Positions 1-13,503 of a DNA stretch of 64,000 nt are shown one piece after another. The DNA comes from Kudoa neothunni. Taxonomy: Eukaryota; Animalia; Cnidaria. The notes below the pieces were generated by a model that searched no databases, was not told the origin of the DNA, and saw only the letters and a program-made list of their open reading frames with translations. Position numbers and translations under genes: made by a program. The stretch lies in the NCBI GenBank assembly GCA_964304625.1, contig OZ199838.1:3856705-3920704 (forward strand), read 5' to 3'. Positions within the stretch are counted from its first letter, which is position 1; every line of letters starts with the position of its first letter.

Positions 1-239
1 TCATGCATCTTAAAGATATAATATAATGAGTAATTATGTTAATAGTTTCTAAACTGTACATCTTCAGTACGTTTACAGTAAACCAGAATCGTTAATGTAA
101 TTATTATTGCCAAAAGAATTATCGTAATTGAAATGGTAGCGATATATCCAGCGCTTAATTTTGGAGGTGGAGCGACAGTGACCTCTTTCAAGCGAGGGCC
201 TATGAACCCTAATCTTGGATCACTGCAGGCGTAGACCTG

Positions 240-1530
240 CTCATTTAAAAAGAACGGTCTAAATAATGTAAAATCAACTAATTAATAACCAATACTATAC
301 TCCTTATAAATTATCACATTTGAGGATGATTCGATGTGAAAGATGTCTTTGAAAATGATTTTTATCAGTGTGGCATCAAAACAATATTCGCTTCGAGTGT
401 TTTCAAACTAGATTTTAACCTAATAAAGTCCTCAAATATGTAAATTTTTATATACTGTGTCGGTGATTGTTTCAATGAATGGCTTGCATAGAGTTTTGAT
501 CGACTCCTCTAACGATTTGATGAAAACTTCATATTGTAACTTTTCACTTTTGATCACTGGTGTGTAAAGCTAAAAATAATTAACTTGTACCTACGCGTAA
601 ATATGGATCACGAGAATATCAGCATCTTTAAGGGGAATTTTTTTGGTGAAAATAGAAAAGTTGCACCCTTTATAACTTTTCACAGTATTTTTTGTTTTTT
701 ATAATATTTAGAAGCTGATTGTAGCACTGTTCATGATTGTATGAACCAACTTCAGTGTAGACTTTATCATACTCCATAACTTTGGAAATTAGCGGAGCGA
801 CGTCACTCTTCGAAACAATAGTTTGAGAAGCTTCCGGTTTGCATGGGTTTGTAAAGAAGATTTCAGTTTTTTCCGTTGATGGTATTTTCTTTTAATATTC
901 ATTAAAATTAGCAAAAATATTAATTCCAACTACTTCTAGCAATTCTTCTATTAAGGTGACCCTTAGTTTCAAATGACCCAAATTGTTAAATTCGTTTGAA
1001 AATAGTTTCAATTTCTTATTCTTAAAGTTGACTTCAGACACAAAGTTATCATCCCATTTATTTGCGTCATCTGCAACAAATCCTACGTTTAAACTATTGA
1101 AAAGAAATTCAATATGCGTTAGTTCTGAAAATTTCTACAACATATTAATACGTTCAATCCTAATCCCACAATATACCCCAGTTTCAAAATTGAAGGTACG
1201 ATCCAAGTATGTATATAGCATAGTAGTATGTGGTGTCAATACTTGCACATATTCATAATCCTTAATTACCATAAATTCTTTAAGTTCTAATTCCGCATCT
1301 TTAGTAAATCTTTTTAGTTCCTCTTTTGAATAGCTGTTCAACGATAATTAAAACAACAACCAAAAAATAACTACATACCTCTGTGCTGCCTTTTGTGTAT
1401 AAAGAACCCGTGACAAAATAGTTCTCATTTTCACGTTTGACATAAATTTACACCCCACAGTATATTCACTTAAACACATGTATATGTCTTCTCCTAATTG
1501 ATAGTTTTATCACACATTTTTCAACCTGTT
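240..1530 (-). other. Intron-rich gene fragment or pseudogene, unknown product
   Basis: Minus strand has exon-like segments (e.g. ORF 1135-1341 SKEELKRFTKDAELELKEF...; LYTPVIKSEKLQYEVFIKSLEESIKTLCKPF) separated by short GT..AG AT-rich spacers. I could not splice a stop-free model, and no family was recognised. Confidence 0.3.
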
Positions 1531-4433
1531 AATTTTTAATAAAATGAATCTCTCTACAAAATGTATATATTAACCTAAAGTAAACGTTAATTTCTCTTAA
1601 ACATCAATTATTCTGATTCTGGTGTTATTTTAATTTTAAATATAGATTATTTCTTCTGTTGTTCTTTTATTGTTCCTTTATAGTTTTGTTTAAAACACCT
1701 TTACATACAATTGTGTTGTAACAATTATATTTTTTCAGTCTGGTCTTTTTAATATTTATTCATAATTAATCCATGAACTAAAACTAGTATATTCGTTATT
1801 AAATTTCGTTACATTATTGGTAAGTAAAACCTAGTTTTATTGTTTGGTGTTAGTATTTTATGAAATCATACTGTCGCAATTACGAATTTCAGTATGGAAA
1901 ACACCATTCTGAACAGGAAATTTTTTCCCGATTTGAATTTTATAGCACAAAAGGGTTTTCCGCTCGGAATCATGCAGCAGAACCAAACCATACTAATTGT
2001 TAGGATGTTATTCAAAGATAATGTGAAAAACGCCAAACTTTACATGATACTCGTGCATTACTGGGACTACTTGACGGAACATTAAACATTGAATAACTAA
2101 CATTGCAACGCACATCATTTTGTTGTTGTAAACAATAAAATCAGCTTATATTAATAATGAATTTAGGTGCTAAGTTTTATTATATGTATAAATCTTACAA
2201 TAATCTTTAATTTAAACGTACTACGTTACTTTGGTTAAGATTTGGCCTAAAACTAAAAAAGATAAATTTCATTGTTCGCACAATCATTCGTAAATTAGAA
2301 ATCAATTATTCTAGACAAACAAAAATTTAATTTAATTTTAAATCTAACTTTTTAGTTAAGTGGCATTAATATTTTTAGGTATGGCAAATAAAAGGAAGAT
2401 TTAGGATGTGGTTACCAACTAGTTAACAAAATTCAAACCATATTAACAACGAGCATTAAATATTTATTTTGATGTAAATTAAAAAATTTCGTATTTAATA
2501 GTTTAGGGATACTACCCAGACAACGGGAAAATACTGCGATGAGATCAATAAATATCATTAACTAGGTCTGATCAATAATGATAATGATAATTTTACATTT
2601 TAAATTGTGTTGTTATCTATTTTTCACGACTAATTAAATTATTTATGTGATATATGCGCTGTAATCCTTTTTTTATAATTAATTTAGCTCAACATTATGC
2701 TTGAAATACTTTCAAAACTAATAGAAGACTAATGAAAAAGAATATTAGAATGTTTTCATTGGCTAAATTTGTTATTTAAATGATACCCCTAATAGTTACC
2801 CATTCATTATAATGCACTTTTCAATTGGCCGATAATTTCTTTATTCACATAGGTGCGAATGCTGCAATTCAAACATCAACAGAAAAATTCCCTTGCAATA
2901 AATTTAAATTGGTTGGGATTTTGTTATATTAGTTTGAGTAAATATTTATAACTTTATAATAGTTAGAAAGAATTTAATTTTAAAGGCAAGTCGAACCCCT
3001 TCTCAACTTTTGCTAGATGTTTTTTTACTAGACATTAAAATACTAGTGGGAACTGCCTAGCTTTGCTTGGGAGCATTAAATATTGAAAAATTCCTTAATA
3101 AAATTCAAAAAAGATATTAATATTTCAAATTAACCTATAGATTATGTCAAACTAAAAATATTTTTAAGCATTTTATTTTAACGACTGTGAACATGAAATT
3201 TAAATTATGATCATTTCTATGAAGGAGTGTGCCAATCTCGGCGTCCGTTTAAACATTTCGTAACCCGGCACTAATGCTAAATAATTTATGTTCAGTGTCG
3301 TATTTTTTTGCATTTCCAAATTATGTATATCCCGTTAAAATGTTATCCAATACGTTTTTTTGGACCGGATCAAAAAGTTTTTTCTATGCTTGGGGGGGGG
3401 GTGACAAAAAAGATATAGAGATAGAATAAAATAAACGGAAATTGATTTTTATTATTCAAATTAATATCTCTTGTCCTGGCATAAACTTTAATGCGCTCTT
3501 TCTCAAAACAAAATACAAATCACGTCAACATAAAAAAATAAGATGAAGAAGTGAAAATAAAACCATCTGCATTGAAATTAATCACTGAAAGTTCAACACA
3601 GCGGACGATTTCAGTGAAACCTACGGACACAGTACTTGCATTATAATGCTTCAATCTATCTGATTATACTACGAACTATCAATTTGTTATTAATGAGACA
3701 AATATAGACTTTTTGGCATATCTAAAATAATTAATATAATCTTCGAAGTGTGCTTATCGAGTCAAATACATTAAAATTCCTGACATAGAGTATATTTGCG
3801 CAAACATTCAAAGGAGCACATCAAAATCATATGGAAAATCAGATGTCATCGCTTAATTTACATTTGATAGGGTATATAAGAGGGAAAATTAACTACAACC
3901 GACCATCACCATGGCACAAGCAGGTGTTAATCCTATTGTAACCGGGTAATCCGCTAAACAAACCCCGAATCGACAAAATCACTATATTCTAAACACTTTT
4001 TGGGGCATTTGGCACTGTAAAAATAATTTAAAAATTTCGTATATGTCCCTATAAAGAAAACAATTTGGTTGCACATGCGTACTTGCTGACACACACACGG
4101 ACAACTTAGCTGTATACAGTCAGTGTCCGGTTTTACGCACTTTTTTCAGAACGTTTTTGAAAAAACAGGTAAATTTTGTTTAATGTTCAAATGTATTGAG
4201 TGAAATGAAAAAAAATAAAATTGAAATATGAAATACATCCACAATATCTACCCCAAAAGCTGCGAATTTATTACTATAAAGCACCAGATATATCCTTCAT
4301 ACCCAACCCCTATGGCACCTTAAAAAACAAAAATAAAATTGTTTAAATGATTGAATGCAACCCGATTACTGTTGTCATTTGAGAATTTATTAAAATGAGT
4401 TTGAAAAATTATTCAAGTTTGACAAAAAGAATC

Positions 4434-4938
4434 TTTTTTTTGTTTACAAGGTCAAACCCCCGGCACAACTTGTTAGGTTGTGAAGCTTGGGCTGGTTACG
4501 CCTTCTTCATTTACGTTTTAGACACCGCAACGTCATATTAAGGAAACTTACGTTTATGCGGTAGTGTGGGATTTTAAACCACTAAACATCCTCGTTTTTG
4601 AGCAACCACCACCCCAACCATACCCTGGATTAATCCAGAATTAGTCTGGGGAAGTCGTCTGAATGCGAGCGTCGGCTCTACGGAAATCCTCTACTGGGTT
4701 GTATTTCGTCCTTGTACTCCGGCGTTTATGAGCGCCCGAATTCTACCCTTCCGCCAGGCTTCCCTCCCTCCCTCCCACCTGCAAGCAAGGATACGATAAA
4801 TAATAGATCCTCGCGATTGCTACCTCTTTCCTACTTAATTTCAGATTAGGAGTACAGGAACGCCCGGACTAAGCTTCAAACTAACAACCTCAAGGTTTGC
4901 GGTCTCGACCTAACACCACTATGCCATATTGTCCAGAC
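4434..4938 (-). mobile_element. tRNA-derived SINE (copy 3, divergent)
   Basis: Minus-strand head GGACAATATGGCATAGTGGTGTTAGG...GTTTGAAGC is a degenerate A/B box. The 3' half matches copies at 13.6 kb and 45.7 kb. A-rich tail; degenerate flanking duplication GACAAAAA(G/TG)(A/G)ATC. Confidence 0.7.
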
Positions 4939-5092
4939 TTACGACAAAAATGGATCGATCGACCGTGATCGCAAAGATGAAAACTATATTTCAACATATT
5001 CGGACGAATTTTTTGTAATCAAAATAACTAATTATTTTATTTCTAAGTGAAAGAAAATTAATTGTTTCTTAAATGTATGCAATTCAATTATA

Positions 5093-5326
5093 GAAGTGGC
5101 TATTGGCACGGTAAATAATATTCAGGTGACACTAGTTTTGACTATATTTAATTGTTTCCGGCCCCTAAGAGCAGAACGGTGGACCAGAGATAATTAAATA
5201 TAGCAGATTCTAAAAAATTAAATCTATAACCAACTTGTAAGTTGGAGTTTCTGAGATTAAAAATTCTCATTGCCCAAGCGTACATTCCATTTAGGATTAA
5301 ATTTTACCGTGCCAATAACCTCTACC
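5093..5326. mobile_element. MITE, Mutator-type TSD
   Basis: TIR core TATTGGCACGGTAAA / TTTACCGTGCCAATA; perfect 10-bp flanking duplication TTCAATTATA (5083-5092 and 5327-5336). Confidence 0.75.
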
Positions 5327-5484
5327 TTCAATTATATTAAATAACTGCATATATTATTATATAGGTGCGCCAATAATTGCGTAAAACTAGACGTTACCAA
5401 TGTCACACATTTATTTTCTGGTCCCGAGAGAATTACGTAAAGCCGGTCACTGACTGTCTACACAGTAGATAAATGATTGTTTAA

Positions 5485-6580
5485 CCCTTTGAACCCCATT
5501 GTTGCCATTTGGCAACATTTTTATTCTGTGAATTTTTTAACCATTTAATTACATTTTTTTAACTAAATTTATTATAGTAATATATTTAACCTTAATTTTA
5601 TTTTATATAAATGAGAAATAAAAATTTGTATATTTTATATAAAGAGCAGTATAGATGAATATCTATCTCTACGGCAAGTATAAAAAAGGCTAAAAGTATC
5701 CTGCGATTGAACTTGGAATTTTGTGGTTTCGGTAAAATTAAAAAAATATACACATATAATATTAAATAAGTTTATTCTAAAAATGAATCTAAGGAGAAAA
5801 CATGTTTTGACATGTATACTATAGGGACAGGTTAATCCATGTTGCCGAATGGCAACATTGGACCAGGGGGTATAGCGAGCGTTGTCACACAGCAACGTTC
5901 CGCCCTCGATTTAGGTGTGTTTATGTTCTTTAGAATGGATTCTGACTAGATTGGGGAAGGAATCAACAAAACAGACTTTTAAAAAATCATATTATTACCA
6001 GGTGGCATAAATTAGACGTTAGAATGGAATCCGATTCCATTCCGCGTAGTCAATATGATGATATTGTATCCGAATACAGTTCTAATGATGACGAGGAAGA
6101 TGACTACCGTTTAAATTTGACAGTGAACTCGAAAAATTAAATAAACAAGAATATCGAAACAATTGATATTTTTGAACAAGTCCAAAATGTTATAGTTGAA
6201 TGTTTCACCTATTTCAACTGATTCTTCAATGATGGATTATTCGAACATATTTGTATTAAGTGTAACGTCCATTTGTGTCTCAATAAAAAAAAACTGCTTT
6301 TTGAAATATTGAAATTGTAATCAATAATTTAAGATTTCATTCCTGATGGTGGATGAGTAATGTCATGGTTAAAAACAAAGTAACATAAAAACATGCACAC
6401 TCCCCGCATGTTGAAATAAGCCACGTCCAAATGTTGCCATTCGGTACCATGTGTGTATCTGTTTAATTTTTGAAATGATTGCTCTAATTGTTGGATATTT
6501 TATATAAAATGACTTAAAATTTTAAATAATGAGCAAAAAAAATTGTTTCATTCACTGATTTAAATTCGGGGTTCAAAGAG
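5485..6580 (+). mobile_element. piggyBac internal-deletion derivative
   Basis: TTAA at 5481-5484 and 6581-6584; TIR CCCTTTGAACCCC / GGGGTTCAAAGAG; subterminal palindromes TGTTGCCnnnTGGCAACA; remnant C-terminal Cys-rich motif CIKCNVHLCLNKK.NCF at about 6252-6300. Confidence 0.88.
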
Positions 6581-6776
6581 TTAATACAACAGGAATCCGA
6601 TTCAACAACACATTATCCACTATAAACACTTTTCAATCGTTGTTATAATACATTTTTATAGGTATTACTTAAAAAATATGTATAAAAGTTTTAGTCGTTT
6701 TAATTTAAACCGGATAAATCGAATGGTTAACATTAAAAAATCTGTGCCATATGAACATTGATTTTACAATATTTAG

Positions 6777-7641
6777 TTGGTCTATTCGATCTAACCGATA
6801 TTTTCACAAAGTTTTCGTTAATCTAAGAATAGTTCAATACAAATAAATCTTTTTGGGGCAATTAAACAGTATGTTTGTTTTAAAAAGGGTGTACTCCTTC
6901 GAGAAAACCAGTTGATATTTAAGCATTACTGTAATTTTTCAACCCCGAACCACCTTTACATTTTAGGTTTAATCGTATTTTGATAATTTAATTTATATAT
7001 TTTTGTTAAAAAGAAAGGTTTCATTTATTTAAAAATCGGTGGATTATGTTAAAATAGTGAATACATTTTTTTCCACTCACAGCTTACTAAACCCTCATTA
7101 ACATCTTTTAAAGAATTGCAAAAAAAGGAGTAACAATTAATATTTGTATTGATGACGCATCTTAGGTCGATTTTATTTTTTTGATCGTTTGTAGACTAAT
7201 AATAAATTTTATAACTAGAAGGATTAATTTGCATCGCAAAATTTTGAAAAGAACTGAAAGTCCTATAAAAAGTTACTTAATGATTTTTTTCAATAAATAA
7301 AAGAACTTTAATCGTTAATTAAATTGCTCATGAAATTGAGGTAATTATATTTTTGGTCATTAAGTTGTAAAATAAACTTAAAAATACTCATTAATTTCTC
7401 TCAATACCTCTATTTATATTTGAATGGATAATGTGCGTATAATTTTGTTTAACTAAATCATCACGTAGCAAAAATAATGACAAGTTTTAAAATGCAACAA
7501 TTAAGATATAAAAATAAAATTTACAGGCTTTAACGTGCCATTTAGATTAAATCTTACGTAGAATTTCTCCATTCAAAAATAAAACTAAAAGTTAAAACTT
7601 TCCATCACACAATGGCAGGCAAAGCTGTGCATTAGCGCTTG
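6777..7641 (+). mobile_element. Non-autonomous Helitron-like repeat (copy A)
   Basis: Aligns by eye over about 800 bp, in direct orientation, with 58801-59590. Ends in a degenerate Helitron-type terminus GCAGGCAAAGCTGTGCATTAGCGCTTG|T. Confidence 0.6.
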
Positions 7642-8389
7642 TTTATTCTAAAATAAGTTATGATATTGATAATTTATTTTAGGAATGACAGATAATTACA
7701 CTCTTTTACTATTTCAATTCAAAACTGTGAATTAAGTTCTCCTGCTCATTTAGAGTAAAACGATTATCATCTTTATTAGTTATATTTCATCTCCCATTGT
7801 ACATGCACGACAATCTTTTAAACTATATGATTCCCACTTTTAAGCCATCTCTATGTTCTCTTTAGACTATTATTTCTAATATCAAATTGATTCTGAAAAA
7901 TTAGGCAATAGCGATGATCCAGAAATAATAAATGATATTCAAAATTCCACATTGGATTAAGTTTTTAGCGCCAGTAACTCCTAGGATTTAGAGATAATTT
8001 TTTAAATATAATGAAACTCACAATTAAGTCTATTATTACTAATAAATTTTCAAGTTATACTATAGGTGGGAATATTTTTGCGAGATACTAATTTTAAAAC
8101 TAAGAAATTAATTTAAACGTTACAATAGAATAAGACAACATTTAAAAATGAAAAAACCATTAGGATTCTGAATATTTGAAACTATCAGTGAAAGTACGAA
8201 CAATACCGATAATATTATTTAAAATTTTCAGACTATTATCCAATAAAATTAATGTACACATTAACAGTTATATATAAAAATAAATATTGAAATATTACTA
8301 TGTAAGATTAATACTCATAAATTTCATCTAGAAAAAAAATTGAAACTGTGGCGTGAGTGAACGAGTTCTACCGAGGATTTTGGAGTAGA

Positions 8390-8864
8390 ATGACTGAGTC
8401 TGGAGACAATCCTGCGCCAGTTGATGAAACTTTAGTGAACTTTATCCAGTCGGTCGAAAGTTCCAAAGTTATTGTGCGTCCAAAAATCATATCTTATCGT
8501 TTATTTTATCATTTGGTGTCATAGATACCAGAATCGGTGGTAAAACATTATTTGAATAAGAATGGAGTGGATACAGATGATCCAATGATGTAGGGTTTAG
8601 ATTTATAGTTATTAAGTATTGATTTCATTTAGCTTAAAAATTATTTCTTTGGCCACTCAAAAGTTTGTCACAGGCATTGCAACTGAATCGCTTCACAACA
8701 CAATGATCGATGATTCTACTGTAAAAAAAGAAGAAAAGGTTATTTTTTCAGCTTTTGAATAGATGTAATAACCATTTAAGGAATCTGTATTCACTCTAGA
8801 CACACTCACTCCAATATTAGAAGAGAATGGCATCAAAATAAGAAAACCACAATATTTTGAATGA
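8390..8864 (+). CDS. TAF10: Transcription initiation factor TFIID subunit 10 (4 exons)
   Basis: Introns 8474-8524, 8590-8632 and 8739-8780 (GT-AG) give MTESGDNPAPVDETLVNFIQSVESSKVI-IPESVVKHYLNKNGVDTDDPMILKIISLATQKFVTGIATESL...FTLDTLTPILEENGIKIRKPQYFE*. These are TAF10 histone-fold motifs (IPD.V..YL...G, ISLAAQKF, GI.VKKP.YF). Confidence 0.93.
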
Positions 8865-8999
8865 TTATGTTTCTGATTTATGTTATTAGCTTTGTAAAAA
8901 TATATTTTATGTTTTTTTTAAATTTCTCATTTATCTTTTCGAGTTTCACCAAATATTATTTATTATGTCCTAGAATGATGTACGCAAATTTTCCCTCCA

Positions 9000-10075
9000 T
9001 TTATATGCAATATTATTTTAATCGAAATATATTTTTGTAAATATCGATGAAATTGAAAATTTTCTTTAATACAAGTTTTCGAAGCGGTTTGATGAATCCA
9101 GCCAACGCATTTTAATGCCTGACTCTTAATAATTCATGTTTGAATTGAATGTGCGGATGCAGCATGCAACCGACTTATTGTTCTATTAAACTTCCTCTAA
9201 TGTAATCATTATTAATATTAACTAAATGGATATTGCAGCGGATGGGAATATCTCCTAGAATAACGCTCGTATCAAAATTTTAATTTCACAAATACATATA
9301 ACAATAAATGAACTATCATTAAGTAAATTTTTAAAGGAAAATAACTTAGTTGACTTTTTAACTATAAATTGGCCAATACCCCATATGTTAATTAAGAACA
9401 TCTGAACTTGTGTTAATGTGGTGTGTTTGCAACAATGATTGTAAATAAACTATTTTACAATATGATTATAGACTCAATGATTACGTTTACATTTACTTGG
9501 TTGTTCAATTGTTATACTGAGCCATATTGATAAATATCACCATTTATCGTTTTAGTATTATGTCAACTCTACGTAACATTACCACTTAATTTACTTTGAA
9601 CGAGATATTTCCTGTCATCGAGTATATAAGTAATTATTTACCATCGAATAATAATGCTAAATCTAGTCAAAATGCAAAAGTAAAAGAAATCATCGAATAA
9701 AAATTCAAACTCTATTCAAAGCGCTTATAAAATGCATAAGTCTATACAAACCAACATATGTCAATGTCCGCAGAATATTGAAGTGATTTTACCTTAGTTC
9801 AATAATTGCTATTAAGAGAATTGGATCTATATTAGGGATATGATTTAAAATTACTAGATCATGAAACATTGATATAACATGTTTATTTAAAATGATGTAA
9901 CTAACTTTAATTACAGCGTGAAATCAACGATATAAATTCAAAATATGGTAAGCAGGTATAAAATAACGAGTCAAATGAAAGAAGAAATGTTATAAATATA
10001 AGTATAATGTCCTCAAATAAATTTTAGATATTAAACTTCAAGCAAATGAAAAGACAGAACTGAAGTAAACTTCCG
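9000..10075. repeat. Decayed DNA-transposon repeats shared with the 61-62 kb region
   Basis: 9242-9375 matches 61282-61403 (direct) and about 9796-10075 matches about 61980-62257 (inverted). The first lies next to the pogo-like remnant at 61 kb. Confidence 0.6.
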
Positions 10076-10653
10076 AAACACGTTAAACTAAGTTATTTAC
10101 TAATGACTCGCCTTAAGACTTGTATAATGTGCATAGTGACCGGCAGATAGATGACCTCAAAATCGATAAAAATTACAAAAGAAATAATCATGAAAATTTT
10201 TTGGTTTATTTTATATAAATTTAAAATTCCCCTCTAAGGTAAGAACGTTAGGACGACCTAAGGGTTCTGATCTAACCGTCATTGGATTGCCGAAAAAGGC
10301 GACGAGAAATTTAAATCCATATATCCGTACAAAAACAATATTATCTTCTATAAAATATATATCATAATAATACATCGATGGTATTGTCCATAATCCATTG
10401 GAGACAGTAACGAGCTTTCATACTTACGTGGGTGTGAAGGTAAATTTTAAAAAGAAGATCCATTGAGCATAAATGTGCCACAATACATTATGTTGAGAAA
10501 TGTTGTCATGAGGAGACTAAACTTCGTCCTCTTTGACTTTTAAAACAACTTAACGTGTTTTTGTAGATTTAATTTTCGATAACACATCCAAACCTCTCGA
10601 CTGCACGCATTCTCACTGATAATGGTAGTATTTGGTTAGAAAATCCCTATTAA

Positions 10654-11460
10654 CCCTAATAGGTGACCTTCTGGCGCTCGACAAGCCCTCCTGTATTAAT
10701 TTCTATCCTTTATTGGATTATATTTTAAGCTATATTTGCTTACTTTAATACGTTATTGCGTGATAAAAAATGTGATATTCAATCAATAACTTCTTTGGAA
10801 GGACACTCAAACAAGTAAATTTTTTTATTGAATACTCGTTACATATACTGTTGTTACACACATCGCATACTTGTTTGTCCCGCCATATGATACGTGCAGG
10901 GCGTAAACTACATCGTTTCCGATCATTTACGTTGTTATTTTTCATAAATGACGAATTATTTTCTTTGAGTTTAAACCTAACTGCTTCAAGAGAACGCATA
11001 AAGGTAGGTTGATGTCGAGTTTTTTTAGTCTTCAGCTCTTCATTTCTGGTGGCTTACAATCAAAGAAGCGAATAAATCCACTAAAAATTGTTGTCGGCGA
11101 TTAGGTTTGTCTTTCAAATGTTCCAAAATACTTTGAAAAAACACGGTAAATGTATTAAAAGCAGCCACATCAATAATTTGTCAGTAGATAATTGATTTGA
11201 GAAATTCAAACATGACACTGATACACTTATTGCGCAATTGTGAGATTAACTTTTAAATAAAATAAAGCATATTGCTATTGTCATAATCCTTTTTTGGTGA
11301 AAATCGGCTTAAAATAAAAAATTTCGAATTCATTGAAAATTTACAACTAGATATAAAATAAAGTTTTAAACAATTTTCATGAAAAGAAAAATTAAAAAAA
11401 CATTCTTGAATCAATTATGCTCAATTTACTACCCAGATGGGCTCGTGGAGCCCCAGTTCA
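10654..11460 (-). mobile_element. piggyBac transposase remnant
   Basis: ORF 10745-10999 carries the piggyBac CRD-like RKRCSL.P....KQVCDVCNNSICNEY....TC. LIDVAAFN motif near 11170; TTAACCC at 10650; palindromes GGGCTCGnnnAGCCC near 10674 and 11439. Confidence 0.7.
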
Positions 11461-12239
11461 CCTTCCAAGCATTCCAAAAACGACTATACTCCTAGCCGTT
11501 ATCGAGATTTGATATATTCCACTTTTTGTTTCTTATTTTTAAAAATAAAGTTATCAAACATTTTTAATGAATTAAAAAGTAAATATGTCGTCTTGATAGA
11601 ATGAAAATAAAAAAATAATGTCATACCAAGACCGTTAATTAAATATCAATAAATAGAACGGTCGTATCAAATTTAAAACTTTAGAATAATTTCATAATTA
11701 CATCTGGAATTTAAATATAAATTACGTTCTACGTTATTATAAGATTTAAAATTTCTTAAACTTATTACAATAAGGTCTTGATATTGCGAGGTTCAATATA
11801 GGGTAGTTGACGTTTTTTTTAAACTTCTGTATTCAACATTGTAAATTTTCTGGTGTATATAACCTTTTAATTTTACATTATATACAAAAATATGAAATAA
11901 TATTTATTTGACGCGAAATTGATAAAATTCAGGGTCTTGCTATTGGGCAGTAGTTACTTCCAAGTTTAATCCGATGAATCCACCAAATTACATATTCGAG
12001 TCGAGCGGTCGGCGTTGCGAGAGAAAACAAGAATTTTGATAAAAAATTGAGATTATTCAATATTATTATTATTCAATTAAATCAATCTGAAATGCGAATA
12101 AATGATTCTATAGCATCATAGATTATCATATATTTTGTAATTGTGAGTTTTATTCAAATTGAAATAGGTTATTCTTCTCTGAATATTATTTCGCCTAATA
12201 AACCTGATATAATTAACTTCAACGTTGCTTCCAACCGTT

Positions 12240-12800
12240 AAAGGGCCGGAAATTCAAAATATGTCTAACTTGAAATTGAATTATATGACCGGATAGTGTC
12301 AGAACCTAAACAAGAAAAATATTCTAGAGTTTTTAATCATCGAAAAGGCAAACCTTTTGCAGAAAGTCTTAAAATCATTGGTTTCAGTTTAAGCAAAGAC
12401 TGGTTTGGAAATTTTAAGAGTCACTTTTGCTTTGTAAATTCATTCTATGTGAAAAAGCGGAAAACGTTGATGATAATATTACTTATGCTAGGAAAACAAA
12501 TTTCCAGATAATAAGTAGATTTGAAAAAGAAAACATTAAATCTTGGCGAGACTGCTTTTTTTCTGAACATTGCACTCAACAAACACATGCGATAAAGATT
12601 TAGTAAAATATAAAGAAAATAAAACATAGAGAGGAAAGGTTCCTTTTATTCAATAAAATAGCACAACATGAATACGGATCTAATGTAGTAAAGTCATTTT
12701 GATAACACACAAATCAGATTAATAAAAAATTAGATTATACGCGTGTAAATGCATAATGTTTTGTTCAACTATGAATTCCAAAGCTGATGTCTCCATTAAA
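12240..12800 (+). pseudogene. pogo/Tigger (CENP-B-like) transposase remnant
   Basis: FAESLKIIGFSLSKDWFGNFKSH (CENP-B HTH, cf. FKASxGWLxxFKxR) followed by NLGETAFF (cf. NxDETGLF), broken by stops and frameshifts. Confidence 0.65.
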
Positions 12801-13503
12801 TTACTTTACAATAATTGTAAATAAAATAAACACTATGGTACGTTTAAAATTAACTTGTTAAAACTTTAACGAAATGATCTATATGTTTGCATAATTCCTC
12901 AAATCATACCACGTGAAAATGTTTTTAGTCATTTTGTAGGATGCAAATCTTTTATAATTTTTTACATAATTTTCTATATTAAAATAAAATTTTATCTATC
13001 CATATGTTTGCTCAAATGGAGCGACATGTCTCTCCATAAACAATGAAAAATGCGTACACACACGGATTTCCGGTTTGCTTTATATAGTAGATAATTTTAC
13101 CATAAATTGTCATTGATAAATTTAAATAGACCGACTAGTTTTAAGGAAATTAGGAGTTTTCCTGTTAAACACTACGATCAAAAAATGGTTGCATGTCTTC
13201 AACTTTTTTTTAGTATTTTAAAAAATCTTGATCAAAAGTTCGAGCAAGAGGGGGGAAGTTCTTACACTATTTATATTGGTGTCATTCATATTCATAAATA
13301 AATAATTTAAACAAAATAGATTACTTTTCCTTAAAAAAATAAAAAATTTATTCTTTAACGCTTGGGCCAAGATTCGATATTGGGCGGTGATTTCTTATTG
13401 GCCGCTAAAAGCTCAGGTCCCGATTTAATGCGCAATATCGAAACCTTACAGCATTGTGTGCGCGTGATAGGTTAAAATAATTATATTTTTTATAAATCTA
13501 GAT

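Noticed and set aside
1860-2570. ORF 1894-2085 and following exon-like blocks on the plus strand
   Set aside because: No recognisable motif and stops in the alternative frames; at most a decayed gene.
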